A stretch of DNA of 64,000 bases from Sphyrna mokarran (lineage: Eukaryota), in the NCBI GenBank assembly GCA_024679065.1, contig JAGIQG010000016.1:1612001-1676000 (forward strand). Direction: 5' to 3'. The position numbers were made by a program, and so were the translations under genes. Every line of letters begins with the position of its first letter. Within the stretch, counting starts at the first letter, position 1. The notes beneath the pieces are model-generated. The model was not told the DNA's origin. It was given only the letters and a program-made list of their open reading frames with translations, and ran no database searches. Positions 12,691 through 25,792 of the stretch are shown in pieces.

Positions 12691-13240
12691 AACATAGAAC
12701 ATTACAGCACAGAACAGGCCCTTTGGCCTTCAATGTTGCGCCGACCAATATAAAAAGCAATGCCCCTCCAAACTAAACCATTCCCTTCTCTTCCATATAC
12801 TTATCAACTAACCTCTTAACGCCACCAAACTTGGCGCATCTACAACTGCTGCAGGCAGGGCATTCCACTCCCGAACCGCCCTTTGGGTAAAGAACCTACC
12901 TCTGATATCCGTCCTATAACTATCACCCCTTAATTTAAAGCTGTGTCCCCTCGTGCTAGCTTTCTCCATCCTAGGAAAAGGCTATCACTGTCCACCCTAT
13001 CTAAACCTCTAATCATCTTATATGTTTCAATAAGTTCTCCTCTTAGCCGCCTTCTTTCTAACGAAAACAACCTCAAATCCCTCAGCCTCTCTTCATAAGA
13101 CCTGCCCTCCATACCAGGCAACATCCTGGTAAACCTCCTCTGTACCCTCTCCAATGCCTCCACATCTTTCTTATAATGTGGAGACGAGAACTGCACACAA
13201 TACTCCAAGTGCGGCCGCACTAGAGTTTTGTACAGTTTTG
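12691..13240 (-). mobile_element. nested young CR1 3' fragment
   Basis: Interrupts GDFN|FSNIDW of the host element; AACTT is duplicated on both sides. Confidence 0.9.
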
Positions 13241-14453
13241 TACAACTTTTCTAATATCGATTGGAAAAGCTATAGTTCAAGTACGTTAGAGGGGTCAGTT
13301 TTTGTTCAATGTGTGCAGGAAGGTTTCATGACTCAGTATGTAGATAGGCCAACAAGAGGTGAGGCTATATTGGATTTGGTGTTGGGTAATGAACCAGACC
13401 AGGTGTTAGACTTGGAGGTGGGTGAGCACTTTGGTGATAGTGACCACAATTCGGTTACGTTTACCTTAGTGATGGAAAGGGGTGGGCACGTACCGAATAA
13501 CAGTAGTTATAGCTGGGGGAAAGGTAATTATGAGGCTATTAGGAGAGATTTAGGATGCATAGGGTGGAGCAGGAAATTGCAGGGCTGGGGACATCTGAAA
13601 TGTGGAGCATATTTAAGGAACAGCTTCTGCATGTCCTTAATGAATATATACCTGCCAGGCAGGGAGGAAGTGGTCGAGTGGGGGAACCATGGTGTACTAG
13701 GGAAGTTGAATCTCTGGTGAAGAGGAAGAAGGAGGCTTATATAATGATGAGATGTGAAGGCTCAGTTAGGGCACTGGAGAGCTATAAATTAGCCAGGAAG
13801 GAGCTAAAGAGGGAGTTGAGAAGAGCTAGAAGAGGACACGAGAAGACTTTGGCGGATAGGATTAAGGAGAATCCTAAAGCTTTTTACAGGTATATAAATA
13901 ATAAAAGATTGGTTAGGGCAAGATTAGGGCCAGTCAGAGATAGCAGTGGGAAGTTGTGCGTGGAGCCTGAGGAGATAGGAGAGACACTGAATGAGTATTT
14001 CTCGTCAGTATTCACGCAGGAGAAAGACAATGTTGTCGGGGAGAATACTGCGATACTAGGTTGTAGACTGGGCAGGATTGAGGTTCATAAGGAGGAGGTG
14101 TTAGCGAATCTTGAGGGTATGAAAATTGATAAGTCCCCTGGGCCAGATGGGATTTACCCCAGGATTCTCTGGGAGGCTAGAGAGGAGATTGCAGAGCCTT
14201 TGGCTTTGATCTTCATGTCGTCGTTGGCTACAGGTATAGTGCCGGAAGACTGGAGGATGGCAAATGTTGTCCCTTGTTCAAAAAGGGGAGTAGGGACCAT
14301 CCTGGAAATTATAGACCGGTGAGCCTGACTTCTGTTGTGGGCAAAGTCTTGGAAAGAATTATAAGGGATAGGATTTATAAGCATCTAGAGAGAAATAAAT
14401 TGATTAGGGATAGTCAGCACGGTTTTGTGAAGGGTAGGTCGTGCCTCACAAAC

Positions 14454-14985
14454 ATAGAACATAGAACATTACAGCACAGAACAGGCCTTCGGCCTTCGAT
14501 GTTGCGCCGACCAATATAAAAAGCAATTACCCTCCAAACTAAACCATTCCCTTCTCTTCCATATACTTATCAACTAACCTCTTAAACGCCACCAAACTTG
14601 GCGCATCTACAACTGCCGCAGGCAGGGCATTCCACTCCCGAACCACCCTCTGGGTAAAGAACCTACCTCTGATATCCGTCTATAACTATCACCCCTTAAT
14701 TTAAAGCTGTGTCCCCTCGTGCTAGCTTTCTCCATCCTAGGAAAAAGGCTATCACTGTCCACCCTATCTAAACCTCTAATCATCTTATATGTTTCGATAA
14801 GGTCCCCTCTTAGCCGCCTCCTTTCTAATGAAAACAACCTCAAATCCCTCAGCCTCTCTTCATAAGACCTGCCCTCCATACCAGCAACATCCTGGTAAAC
14901 CTCCTCTGTACCCTCTCCAATGCCTCCACATCTTTCTTATAATGTGGGGACCAGAACTGCACACAATACTCCAAGTGCGGCCGCA
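14454..14985 (-). mobile_element. nested young CR1 3' fragment
   Basis: Interrupts CLTN|LIEFF of the host element; AAAC is duplicated. Confidence 0.9.
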
Positions 14986-16214
14986 TTTATTATTGAGTTA
15001 AAACCTTATTGAGTTTTTTGAGGAGGTGACCAAAGAGGTAGATAAGGGTAAGGCAGTTGATGTAGTGTATATGGATTTTAGCAAAGCGTTTGATAAGGTT
15101 CCCCATGGTAGGCTACTGCAGAAAGTGCAGATGCATGGGATTGAAGGTGATTTAGCAGTTTGGATTAGGAATTGGCTAGCTGATAGAAGACAGAGGGTGG
15201 TGGTTGATGGGAAATATTCAACCTGGAGTGCAGTTACAAGTGGTGTACCTCAAGGATCTGTTTTAGGGCCACTGCTGTTTGTCATTTTTATAAATGACCT
15301 AGATGAGGGTGTAGAGGGTTGGATTAGTAAATTTGCTGACGAAACCAAAGTGGGGGGAGTTGTAGACAGTGAGGATGGATGTTACAGTTTGCAGAGGGAC
15401 ATAGATAGGTTGCAGAGCTGGGCCGTGAGGTGCAAATGGAATTCAATAGGGATAAGTGTGAGGTGATTCACTTTGGTAGGAATAACAGGCATATGAAATA
15501 TAGGGCTAATGGAAGGACCCTTAATAGTGTTGTCGAGCAGAGGGATCTTGGGGTACAAGTACATAGCTCTTTGAAAGTTGGCACTCAGGTTGATAAAGTT
15601 GTTAAGAAGGCGTACGGTGTGTTAGCTTTTATTGGTAGAGGGATTGAATTTAGGAGCCGTGAGATTATGTTACAACTGTACAAAACTCTGGTGCGGCCGC
15701 ACTTGGAGTATTGCGTACAGTTCTGGTCGCCGCATTATAAGAAAGATGTGGAAGCATTGGAAAGGGTGCAGAGGAGGTTTACCAGGATGTTGCCTGGTAT
15801 GGTGGGAAGGCCTTATGAGGAAAGGCTGAGGGACCTGAGGTTATTTTCATTAGAGAGAAGAAGGTTACGCGGTGACCTAATTGAGGCGTATAAGATGATC
15901 AAAGGACTGGATAGGGTGGATAGTGAGAGCCTTTTTCGTCGGATGGTGATGACCAACACGAGGGGACATAACTTTAAATTAAGAGGTGGTAGTTATAGGA
16001 CGGATGTCAGAGGCAGGTTCTTTACACAGAGGGTGGTGAGGGCGTGGAATGCCCTGCCTGCAGCAGTTGTGGACTCGCCTACTTTGGGGGTATTCAAATG
16101 GTCGGTGGATAGGCATATGGATGATATTGGAATAGTTTAGGTTAGAGGGTCCACTGGCCGGCGCAACATCGAGGGCCGAAGGGCCTGTACTGCGCTGTAA
16201 CGTTCTATGTTCTA

Positions 16215-16560
16215 TACCAGGGCAACATCCTGGTAAATCTTTTCTGTCCCCTCTCCAAAGCTCCACATCCTTCTGGTAGTGTGGGCGGCCAGAATTGAAC
16301 ACTGCATTCCAAATGCAACCTAACTAAGGTTCTATAAAGCTGCAACGTGACTTGCCAATTTTTAAACTCTGTACCCTGGCCAATGAAGGCAAGCACGCCG
16401 TATGCCTTCCTGACTACCTTCTCCACCTGCATTGCCACTTTCAGTGTACCTGTACGCCCAGATCCCTCTACCTATCAATACTCTTTAAGGGTTCTGCCAT
16501 TTACTGTATATTGCCTACATGCATCGGACCTTCCAAAATGCATTCCTTCACACGTATCCA
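16215..16560 (-). mobile_element. CR1 RT fragment
   Basis: Encodes QVEKVVRKAYGVLAFIG..LYRTLVR. Confidence 0.85.
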
Positions 16561-16838
16561 GAGGCAGTAAAAGAACAGTATAGCTCACAAACAGGCCCTT
16601 CGGCCCATCAAGCCTGTGCTGATCTTGGTTTCCTTTCTAAAGATCTTTTGCCTGTATGTGGTTCGTATCCCTCTATTCCCTGCCTATTCTGTGATGACCA
16701 GAACTATACACAACATTCCACCTTGTGCACTTTGCAAAATGATACTAGGAGGCCATTCAGCCCCCAAACCTTGTTCTATATTTGAATTGGTTTTAGTGGC
16801 CTTGTATTTAACAGGCCAATGACACACATTAGCAGGTG

Positions 16839-16844
16839 TTTATT
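16839..16844 (-). terminator. candidate polyadenylation signal of Siglec-like gene A
   Basis: AATAAA on the minus strand about 390 nt after the stop, followed by a GT-rich tract. Confidence 0.5.
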
Positions 16845-17236
16845 GACGAGTTCTGTAAACTCTCAAATAAGAGGACAAGTGCAAATGATTAAACTGTCCC
16901 CCATCTCCCCAAGCACTGTAACTTGGAATCCACGTCGATATTCTTCTCTCGGCAAAGATTAATTAGCAAACAAGCAAGAAAAACTGCATTTGTGTAGTCC
17001 CAGATGAGATGGAAAATTGTTCCCCAGGGTGCTGTACATTTTTGACCGCAGCTCTGCAGGGGATGTTGGCACAGCTGAGCAGGAGTTTGGATGGCGAGGC
17101 ATAGAGTGGGGGGAATGTTTTTGAGGAACGAGAGGGAGGGGGGCCGGCACTCTGGGTTGATGGAGGAATGTTGTGTTGACGAGAGGAGTTTATCTTTTCC
17201 CCTCGGCTTGTCAGGATGTGAAGCGGGATGTCCCCC

Positions 17237-17434
17237 TCAAGCTGGTGGCTGGTGCGGAGATAGCTGAATGATAGCGTAGTCCGTGGTTTCAGATCTCCGC
17301 ACGGTCCCGTCGCTCACAGGCAACTTGGAATAATTGATGTTGCAGTAGATGATGTTCTCGTTCGGCTCCTGTCCCGCGTTTGCAGAAGTTTCCGGAAGAT
17401 GCTGGTCAGCGTGAGAGGCGGTGTCCTGAATCAC
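17237..17434 (-). CDS. Siglec-like gene A, terminal exon with ITIM-like and ITSM motifs
   Basis: ccttccAG acceptor, phase 0. Encodes VIQDTASH..NENIIYCNINYSKLP..SETTDYAIIQLSPHQPPA*. The eight exons sum to 1632 nt (543 aa + stop). Confidence 0.87.
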   Translation of the reverse strand: MIQDTASHADQHLPETSANAGQEPNENIIYCNINYSKLPVSDGTVRRSETTDYAIIQLSPHQPPA

Positions 17435-17831
17435 CTGGAAGGAAGGGGGGAATGTTGTTAAGCTCGCTGAAGTAGGTGAGTTCGTATAGAATACTAAAAC
17501 TCTCGCCGGGAGACAATCGCGCATCCCGGAATCTCGGTGGGAGACAAATGCTAACTGGGAGTCCAGAGAGATGTGAAGCAATAGACATTCACATTTCTAA
17601 AGCTGCCTAAGGAGCCTTGGTGAGTTACTGCAGTGCATCCTGTAGATGGTACACACGGCTGTCAATGTGCGTCGGGGGGTGGAGGGAGTGAGTGTTTGTG
17701 GTTAGTGTGTCGATCGAGTGGAGAAGCAAGCTGATTGGTCGACCTCCTGGTTGACCCTGGACTCCATGTGGGTCAGAGTGCACCTGAGTGGTCAGAGGGC
17801 ATTTGGCCTTGATTCCCTGTCCATTCCCTAC

Positions 17832-17907
17832 CTGTTCCTGAGAGGAATCTCGAACCGAGGGCGGTCGCTCCTGGGACAATAGTGTTACCTGTGTCACCAT
17901 CTTCCTC
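17832..17907 (-). CDS. Siglec-like gene A, cytoplasmic exon 1
   Basis: tttttccAG acceptor, CAG|GTAGGG donor, 76 nt, phase 2-0. Encodes RKMVTQVTLLSQERPPSVRDSSQEQ and gives a basic RRK stop-transfer after the TM. Confidence 0.75.
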
Positions 17908-17964
17908 CTGGAAAAATCCGGAATGTGTGCAGACTGAGAAATGATCACTGTGTGCAAACAAACT

Positions 17965-18900
17965 CCCACACCCCCGCGTACCCCCTCCCCATCAATGACT
18001 GCCCCTCACACAGCTCCCCCCCCCAATCTCCCTCTCTGCACCCCCCCCCACTCTCCCTCCCTGCACCTCCCCCACACCCCGCGTACCCCCTCCCCATCAA
18101 TGACTGCCCCTCACACAGCTCCCCCCCCCCCACTCTCCCTCCCTGCACCTCCCCCCACACCCCCGCGTACCCCTCCCCATCAATGACTGCCCCTCACACA
18201 GCTCCCCCCCCCACTCTCCCTCTCTGCAACCCCCCCACTCTCCCTCCCTGCACCTCCCCCCACACCCCCGCGTACCCCCTCCCCATCAATGACTGCCCCT
18301 CACACAGCTCCCCCCCCCTCTCCCTCCCTGCACCTCCCCACACCCCCGTGTACCCCCTCCCCATCAATGACTGCCCCTCGCACAGCTCCCCCCCCCACTC
18401 TCCCTCTCGGCACCCCCCCCCACACCCCCGCGTACCCCCTCCCCATCAATGACTGCCCCTCACACAGCTCCCCTCCCCACTCCCTCCCTGCACCTCCCCC
18501 ACACCCCCGCGTACCCCCTCCCCATCAATGACTGCCCCTCGCACAGCTCCCCCCACCCACTCTCTCGGCACCCCCCCCCACACCCCCGCGTACCCCCTCC
18601 CCATCAATGACTGCCCCTCGCACAGCTCCCCCCCCCCACTCTCCCTCTCTGCACCCCCCCCACACCCCCACGTACCCCCTCCCCATCAATGACTGCCCCT
18701 CACACAGCTCCCCCCCCCCACTCTCCCTCTCTGCACCCCCCCACACCCCCGTGTACCCCCTCCCCATCAATGACTGCCCTCGCACAGCTCCCCCCCCACC
18801 TCCCTCTCTACACCCCCCCCACACCCCTGCGTACCCCTCCCCACACCCCCGCGTACCCCTCCCCATCAATGACTGCCCCTCGCACAGCACCCCTCACTGT
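17965..18900 (+). repeat. C-rich minisatellite of about 70-80 bp (core CCCCATCAATGACTGCCCCTCACACAGCTCCCC)
   Basis: About 12 copies with variable C-runs, in the intron after the TM exon. Confidence 0.9.
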
Positions 18901-19065
18901 CCCCCTCCGCCCTCCCAACACACCCCCACTCTCCCTCCCCGCCCACACCCCCACTCTCCGCCCCTCCCACACCCCCGCGTTTTCCCCCCACCCCCCACCC
19001 ACCCCCCGCTCCCCGTCAGCAGCTTGGCCTTTGACCCGAGCAGTGACCTGGTCTAAGGTCATTAC

Positions 19066-19165
19066 CTGGCACCAGCCAGCCAACACGTTGTCCCGGTAAC
19101 AATCACCGCGATGAAGGCTCCACAAAGCCCCCCGATTAATCCAATCCACAGCAACTCCATCCAAC
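19066..19165 (-). CDS. Siglec-like gene A, transmembrane exon
   Basis: ttccttgtAG|GT acceptor, AG|GTAATG donor, 100 nt, phase 1-2. Encodes WMELLWIGLIGGLCGAFIAVIVTGTTCWLAGAR. Confidence 0.85.
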
Positions 19166-19319
19166 CTACAAGGAAGAAGTGGCAGCCATTTACACGTTAG
19201 CTCGTGTAGAAACCAAGAGGAGGCCATTCAGCCCTTCCAGCCTGCTCTAACGTTCAGTCTTCAAGGCTGTTCGTCAACCTCCCGTTAAGTTGATTTATTC
19301 GTCACACGTAGCCCTACGT

Positions 19320-20092
19320 TAACACTGCAATGAAGTCATTGCAAAAATCCCCCAGTCCACACCCTCCGGCGCCTGTTCGGGTCACACTGAGGGAGAATTT
19401 AGCACGGCCAATGCACCCTAACCAGCACATCTCTCAGACTGTGGGAGGAAACCAGAGGAAACCCGCACAGACATGGGGAGAACGTGCACCCGGGAGAATC
19501 GAACCCGGGTCCCTGGCACTGTGAGACAGCAGCGCTAACCCACTGTGTCACCGTGTCCCCCCGGGAATCGAACCCGGGTCCCTGGTGCTGTGAAACAGCA
19601 GTGCTAACCCACTGTGTCACCGTGTCCCCGGGAATCGAACCTGGGTCCCTGGCGCTGTGAGACAGCAGTGCTAACCCACTGTGTCACCGTGCCCCCGGGA
19701 ATCGAACCCGGGTCCCTGGCTCTGTGAGGCAGCAGTGCTAACCCACTGTGTCACCGTGTCCCCGGGAATCGAACCTGGGTCCCTGCTCTGTGAGACAGCA
19801 GTGCTAACCCACTGTGTCACCGTGCCCCCCGGGAATCGAACCCGGGTCCCTGGCGCTGTGAGACAGCAGTGCTAACCCACTGTGTCACCGTGCCCCCCGG
19901 GAATCGAACCCGGGTCCCTGGCGCTGTGAGACAGCAGTGCTAACCCACTGTGTCACCGTGCCCCCGGGAATCGAACCCGTGTCCCTGGCGCTGTGAGACA
20001 GCAGTGCTAACCCACTGTGTCACCGTGCCCCCGGGAATCGAACCCGGGTCCCTGGTGCTGTGAGACAGCAGTGCTAACCCACTGTGTCACCA
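19320..20092 (-). mobile_element. V-SINE with tandemly amplified tRNA-derived head (about 9 x 67 bp)
   Basis: SINE body at 19320-19490 is contiguous with repeats of GGGAATCGAACCCGGGTCCCTGGCGCTGTGAGACAGCAGTGCTAACCCACTGTGTCACCGTGCCCCC. Confidence 0.88.
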
Positions 20093-20109
20093 ACTGTCTC
20101 TCCCTCTCC

Positions 20110-20575
20110 TCCACCTCCTCATATCCTTTGATCCCCTTCACCTTGAGCGATATTTAATTTCTTCTTGAAAATATTGAACGTTTTCTCCTCAGCTACTTTC
20201 TGTGAAAGTGAATTCCACACATTCCCCACTCTCTGGGTGAAGAAATTTCTCCTCACCTCAGTTCTAAAAGGTTTACCCCTTATCCTCAAACTCTGACCCC
20301 TAGTTCTGGACTCCCCCCACCATCGGAACATTCTTTCTGAATCTACCCTGTCTAACCCTGTGTGAATTTTATAAGTTTCTATCAGATCCCCTCTCACTCT
20401 TCTAAACCCCAGTGAATATAATCCTAACCCACTCAGTCTCTCCTCATATGACAGATCTGCCATCCCAGGAATCAGCCTGGTAAACCTTCACTGTGCTCCC
20501 TCTATAACAAGGAACATCCTTCCTCAGATAAGGAGACCAAAACTGCACCCAATACTGCAGGTGTGGCCTCAGTGA
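20110..20575 (-). mobile_element. CR1 3' fragment
   Basis: Encodes YEERLSGLGLYSL..RGDLIETYKI..FFTQRVGNVWNSL. Confidence 0.88.
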
Positions 20576-20675
20576 GACACTGTAAAATTGCAATTCTTCA
20601 CAGCCAACATTGCATTCGAACCTGCCCCACTCATTAGATTATTCACCACCAGCAAGAATCCAACCAATATCACCC

Positions 20676-23600
20676 CTGTACCTGTCTTGGGAGTGTTTGA
20701 TGGGGACAGTGTAGAGGGAGCTTTACTCGGTATCTAACCCCGCGCTGTACCTGTCCTGGGAGTGTTTGATGGGGGACAGTGTAGAGAGAGCTTTACTCTG
20801 TATCTAACCCTGTGCTGTACCTGTCTGGGAGTGTTTGATGGGGACAGTGTAGAGGGAGCTTTACTCTGTGTCTAACCCTGTGCTGTACCTGTCCTGGGAG
20901 TGTTTGATGGGGGACAGTGTAGAGGGAGCTTTACTCTGTATCTAACCCCGTGCTGTACCTGTCCTGGGAGTGTTTGATGGGGGACAGTGTAGAGGGAGCT
21001 TTACTCTGTATCTAACCCCGTGCTGTACCTGTCCTGGGAGTGTTTGATGGGGGACAGTGTAGAGGGAGCTTTACTCTGTATCTAACCCCGTGCTGTACCT
21101 GTCCTGGGAGTGTTTGATGGGGGACAGTGTAGAGGGAGCTTTACTCTGTATCTAACCCCGTGCTGTACCTGTCCTGGGAGTGTTTGATGGGGGAAAGTGT
21201 AGAGGGAGCTTTACTCTGTATCTAACCCCGTGCTGTACCTGTCCTGGGAGTGTTTGATGGGGGACAGTGTAGAGGGAGCTTTACTCTGTATCTACCCCGT
21301 GCTGTACCTGTCCTGGGAGTGTTTGATGGGGGGACAGTGTAGAGGGAGCTTTACTAGTATCTAACCCCTGTACCTGTCCTGGGAGTGTTTGATGGGGGGA
21401 CAGTGTAGAGGGAGCTTTACTCTGTGTCTAACCCCGTGCTGTACCTGTCCTGGGAGTGTTTGATGGGGAACAGTGTAGAGGGAGCTTTACTCGGTATCTA
21501 ACCCCTGTACCTGTCCTGGGAGTGTTTGATGAGGGGACAGTGTAGAGGGAGCTTTACTCTGTATCTAACCCCTGTACCTGTCCTGGGAGTGTTTGATGGG
21601 GGGACAGTGTAGAGGGAGCTTTACTCTGTATCTAACCCCGTGCTGTACCTGTCCTGGGAGTGTTTGATGTGGGGACAGTATAGAGGGAGCTTTACTCTGT
21701 ATCTAAACCTGTGCTGTACTTGTCCTGGGAGTGTTTGATGGTGGGACAATGTTGAGGGAGCTTTACTCTGTATCTAACCCCGCGCTGTACCTGTCCTGGG
21801 AGTGTTTGAGGGGACAGTGTAGAGAGAGCTTTACTCTGTATCTAACCCCGTGCTGTACCTGTCCTGGGAGTGTTTGATGGGGGACAGTGTAGAGGGAGCT
21901 TTACTCTGTATCTAACCCTGTGCTGTACCTGTCCTGGAGTGTTTGATGGGGACAGTGTAGAGGGAGCTTTACTCTGTATCTAACCCGCTGTACCTGTCCT
22001 GGGAGTGTTTGATGGGGGACAGTGTAGAGGGAGCTTTACTCTGTATCTAACCCTGTACCTGTCCTGGGAGTGTTTGATGGGGGGACAGTGTAGAGGGAGC
22101 TTTACTCTGTATCTAACCCCGTGCTGTACCTGTCCTGGGATGTTTTGATGGGGACAGTGTAGAGGGAGCTTTACTCTGTATCTAACCCCGTGCTGTACCT
22201 GTCCTGGGAGTGTTTGATGGGGGACAGTGTAGAGGGAGCTTTACTCTGTATCTAACCCCGTGCTGTACCTGTCCTGGGAGTGTTTGATGGGGGACAGTGT
22301 AGAGGGAGCTTTACTCTGTATCTAACCCCGTGCTGTACCTGTCCTGGGAGTGTTTGATGGGGGACAGTGTAGAGGGAGCTTTACTCTGTATCTAACCCCT
22401 GTGTACCTGTCCTGGGAGTGTTTGATGGGGACAGTGTAGAGGGAGCTTTACTCTGTATCTAACCCCGTGCTGTACCTGTCCTGGGAGTGTTTGATGGGGG
22501 ACAGTGTAGGGAGCTTTACTCTGTATCTAAACCCGTGCTGTACCTGTCCTGGGAGTGTTTGATGGGGGGACAGTGTAGAGGGAGCTTTACTCTGTTCTAA
22601 CCCCGTGCTGTACCTGTCCTGGGAGTGTTTGATGGGGGACAGTGTAGAGGGAGCTTTACTCTGTATCTAACCCCGTGCTGTACCTGTCCTGGGAGTGTTT
22701 GATGGGGGGACAGTGTAGAGGGAGCTTTACTCTGTATCTAACCCCGTGCTGTACCTGTCCTGGGAGTGTTTGATGGGGGGACAGTGTAGAGGGAGCTTTA
22801 CTCTGTATCTAACCCCGTGCTGTACCTGTCCTGGGAGTGTTTGATGGGGGGACAGTGTAGAGGGAGCTTTACTCTGTATCTAACCCCGTGCTGTACCTGT
22901 CCTGGGAGTGTTTGATGGGGGACAGTGTAGAGGGAGCTTTACTCTGTATCTAACCCCGTGCTGTACCTGTCCTGGGAGTGTTTGATGGGGGACAGTGTAG
23001 AGGGAGCTTTACTCTGTATCTAACCCCGTGCTGTACCTGTCCTGGGAGTGTTTGATGGGAAGTGTAGAGGGAGCTTTACTCTGTATAATTGCGTACCTGT
23101 CCTGGGAGTGTTTGATGGGGGACAGTGTAGAGGGAGCTTTACTCTGTATCTAACCCCTGTACCTGTCCTGGGAGTGTTTGATGGGGGACAGTGTAGAGGG
23201 AGCTTTACTCTGTATCTAACCCCGTGCTGTACCTGTCCTGGGAGTGTTTGATGGGGGACAGTGTAGAGGGAGCTTTACTCTGTATCTAACCCCGTGCTGT
23301 ACCTGTCCTGGGAGTGTGGGGACAGTGTAGAGGGAGCTTTACTCTGTATCTAACCCCGTGCTGTACCTGTCCTGGGAGTGTGGGGACAGTGTAGAGGGAG
23401 CTTTACTCTGTATCTAACCCCGTGCTGTACCTGTCCTGGGAGTGTTTGATGGGGGACAGTGTAGAGGGAGCTTTACTCTGTATCTAACCCTGCTGTACCT
23501 GTCCGGGAGTGTTTGATGGGGACAGTGTAGAGGGAGCTTTACTCTGTATCTAACCCGTGCTGTACCTGTCCTGGGAGTGTTTGATGGGGGAACAGTGTAG

Positions 23601-25465
23601 AGGGAGCTTTACTCTGTATCTAACCCCGTGCTGTACCTGTCCTGGGAGTGTTTGATGGGGACAGTGTAGAGGGAGCTTTACTCTGTATCTAACCCCGTGC
23701 TGTACCTGTCCTGGGAGTGTTTGATGGGGGACAGTGTAGAGGGAGCTTTACTCTGTATCTAACCCCGTGCTGTACCTGTCCTGGGAGTGTTTGATGGGGG
23801 GACAGTGTAGAGGGAGCTTTACTCTGTATCTAACCCCGTGCTGTACCTGTCCTGGGAGTGTTTGATGGGGGGACAGTGTAGAGGGAGCTTTACTCTGTAT
23901 CTAACCCCGTGCTGTACCTGTCCTGGGAGTGTTTGATGGGGGGACAGTGTAGAGGGAGCTTTACTCTGTATCTAACCCCGTGCTGTACCTGTCCTGGGAG
24001 TGTTTGATGGGGGGACAGTGTAGAGGGAGCTTTACTCTGTATCTAACCCCGTGCTGTACCTGTCCTGGGAGTGTTTGATGGGGGACAGTGTAGAGGGAGC
24101 TTTACTCTGTATCTAACCCCGTGCTGTACCTGTCCTGGGAGTGTTTGATGGGGGGACAGTGTAGAGGGAGCTTTACTCTGTATCTAACCCCTGCTGTACC
24201 TGTCCTGGGAGTGTTTGATGGGGGACAGTGTAGAGGGAGCTTTACTCTGTATCTAACCCCGTGCTGTACCTGTCCTGGGAGTGTTTGATGGGGGACAGTG
24301 TAGAGGGAGCTTTACTCTGTATCTAACCTGTGCTGTACCTGTCCTGGGAGTGTTTGATGGGGACAGTGTAGAGGGAGCTTTACTCTGTATCTAACCCCGT
24401 GCTGTACCTGTCCTGGGAGTGTTGAGGGGACAGTGTAGAGGGAGCTTTACTCTGTATCTAACCCCGTGCTGTACCTGTCCTGGGAGTGTTTGATGGAGTG
24501 TAGAGGGAGCTTACTTGTTCTAACCCTGTGCTGTACCTGTCCTGGAGTGTTTGATGGGGACAGTGTAGAGGAGCTTTACTCTGTATCTAACCCGCTGTAC
24601 CTGTCCTGGGAGTGTTTGATGGGGGACAGTGTAGAGGGAGCTTTACTCTGTATCTAACCCTGTACCTGTCCTGGGAGTGTTTGATGGGGGGACAGTGTAG
24701 AGGGAGCTTTACTCTGTATCTAACCCCGTGCTGTACCTGTCCTGGGAGTGTTTGATGGGGACAGTGTAGAGGGAGCTTTACTCTGTATCTAACCCCGTGC
24801 TGTACTGTCCTGGGAGTGTTTGATGGGGGACAGTGTTTTATCTGTATCTAACCCGTGAGCTTTACTCTGTATCTCCCCGTGCTGTACCTGTCCTGGGAGT
24901 GTTTGATGGGGACAGTGTAGAGGGAGCTTTACTCTGTATCTAACCCCGTGCTGTACCTGTCCTGGGAGTGTTTGATGGGGACAGTGTAGAGGGAGCTTTA
25001 CTCTGTATCTAACCCCTGCTGTACCTGTCCTGGGAGTGTTTGATGGGGGACAGTGTAGAGGGAGCTTTACTCTGTATCTAACCCCGTGCTGTACCTGTCC
25101 TGGGAGTGTTTGATGGGGGACAGTGTAGGGAGCTTTACTCTGTATCTAACCCCGTGCTGTACCTGTCCTGGGAGTGTTTGATGGGGGGACAGGTAGAGGG
25201 AGCTTACTCTGTATCTAACCCCGTGCTGTACCTGTCCTGGGAGTGTTTGGGTGGGGGGTGTAGAGGGAGCTTTACTCTGTATCTAACCCCGTGCTGTACC
25301 TGTCCTGGGAGTGTTTGATGGGGGACAGTGTAGAGGGAGCTTTACTCTGTATCTAACCCCGTGCTGTCCCTGTCCTGGGAGTGTTTGATGGGGGGACAGT
25401 GTAGAGGGAGCTTTACTCTGTATCTAACCCCGTGCTGTACCTGTCCTGGGAGTGTTTGATGGGGG
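20676..25465 (+). repeat. 70-bp satellite, about 68 copies
   Basis: Unit TGCTGTACCTGTCCTGGGAGTGTTTGATGGGGGACAGTGTAGAGGGAGCTTTACTCTGTATCTAACCCCG. Confidence 0.97.
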
Positions 25466-25488
25466 AGGAGGTTTGTATATTCTCTTAC

Positions 25489-25773
25489 CTTTGGCATACA
25501 GGTGGAAGTTTAAGCGTGTGTCGCCGTGGCGATTGCTCCCAACACACACAGCATTGAATGCAGTGTGACTCCTTTTGACTGTTAGAATGCTCCTGGCTTC
25601 ATGACCCCTAATGTCTGTTGCCACTTTGACTCCTGATCCCACAGGTTCTTTTCCAATGACCCTGTTTTCGAGAACCCAGGAGATATTGGCTGATGGGTTT
25701 CCCACGATGACACACAGGCACTCGACCTCCGCTCCTCCCGTGCACTCTGACTGGGCTGTGACTTCTGCTCCAT
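25489..25773 (-). CDS. Siglec-like gene A, membrane-proximal Ig domain exon (MAG domain-5-like)
   Basis: 285 nt, phase 1-1. Encodes YGAEVTAQSECTGGAEVECLCVIVGNPSANISW..AVCVGSNRHG; the 4-Cys C..CLC..NP..C pattern is that of MAG D5. Confidence 0.88.
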
Positions 25774-25792
25774 CTGCCAATGAGATCATTTG

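Larger units (their letters stand above)
12360..16214 (+). mobile_element. near-complete CR1 ORF2 (APE endonuclease + RT), frameshifted, carrying two nested antisense CR1 insertions
   Basis: Motifs [49 protein letters not shown] and KFAD(E), then a 3' tail. Confidence 0.93.

Noticed and set aside
12360-16214. active autonomous CR1 or domesticated RT gene
   Set aside because: Frameshifts, two nested insertions, FADD changed to FADE, and no ORF1 or 5' UTR.
20676-25465. CRISPR-like array
   Set aside because: Head-to-tail repeats without unique spacers, no cas genes, and a eukaryotic intronic context.
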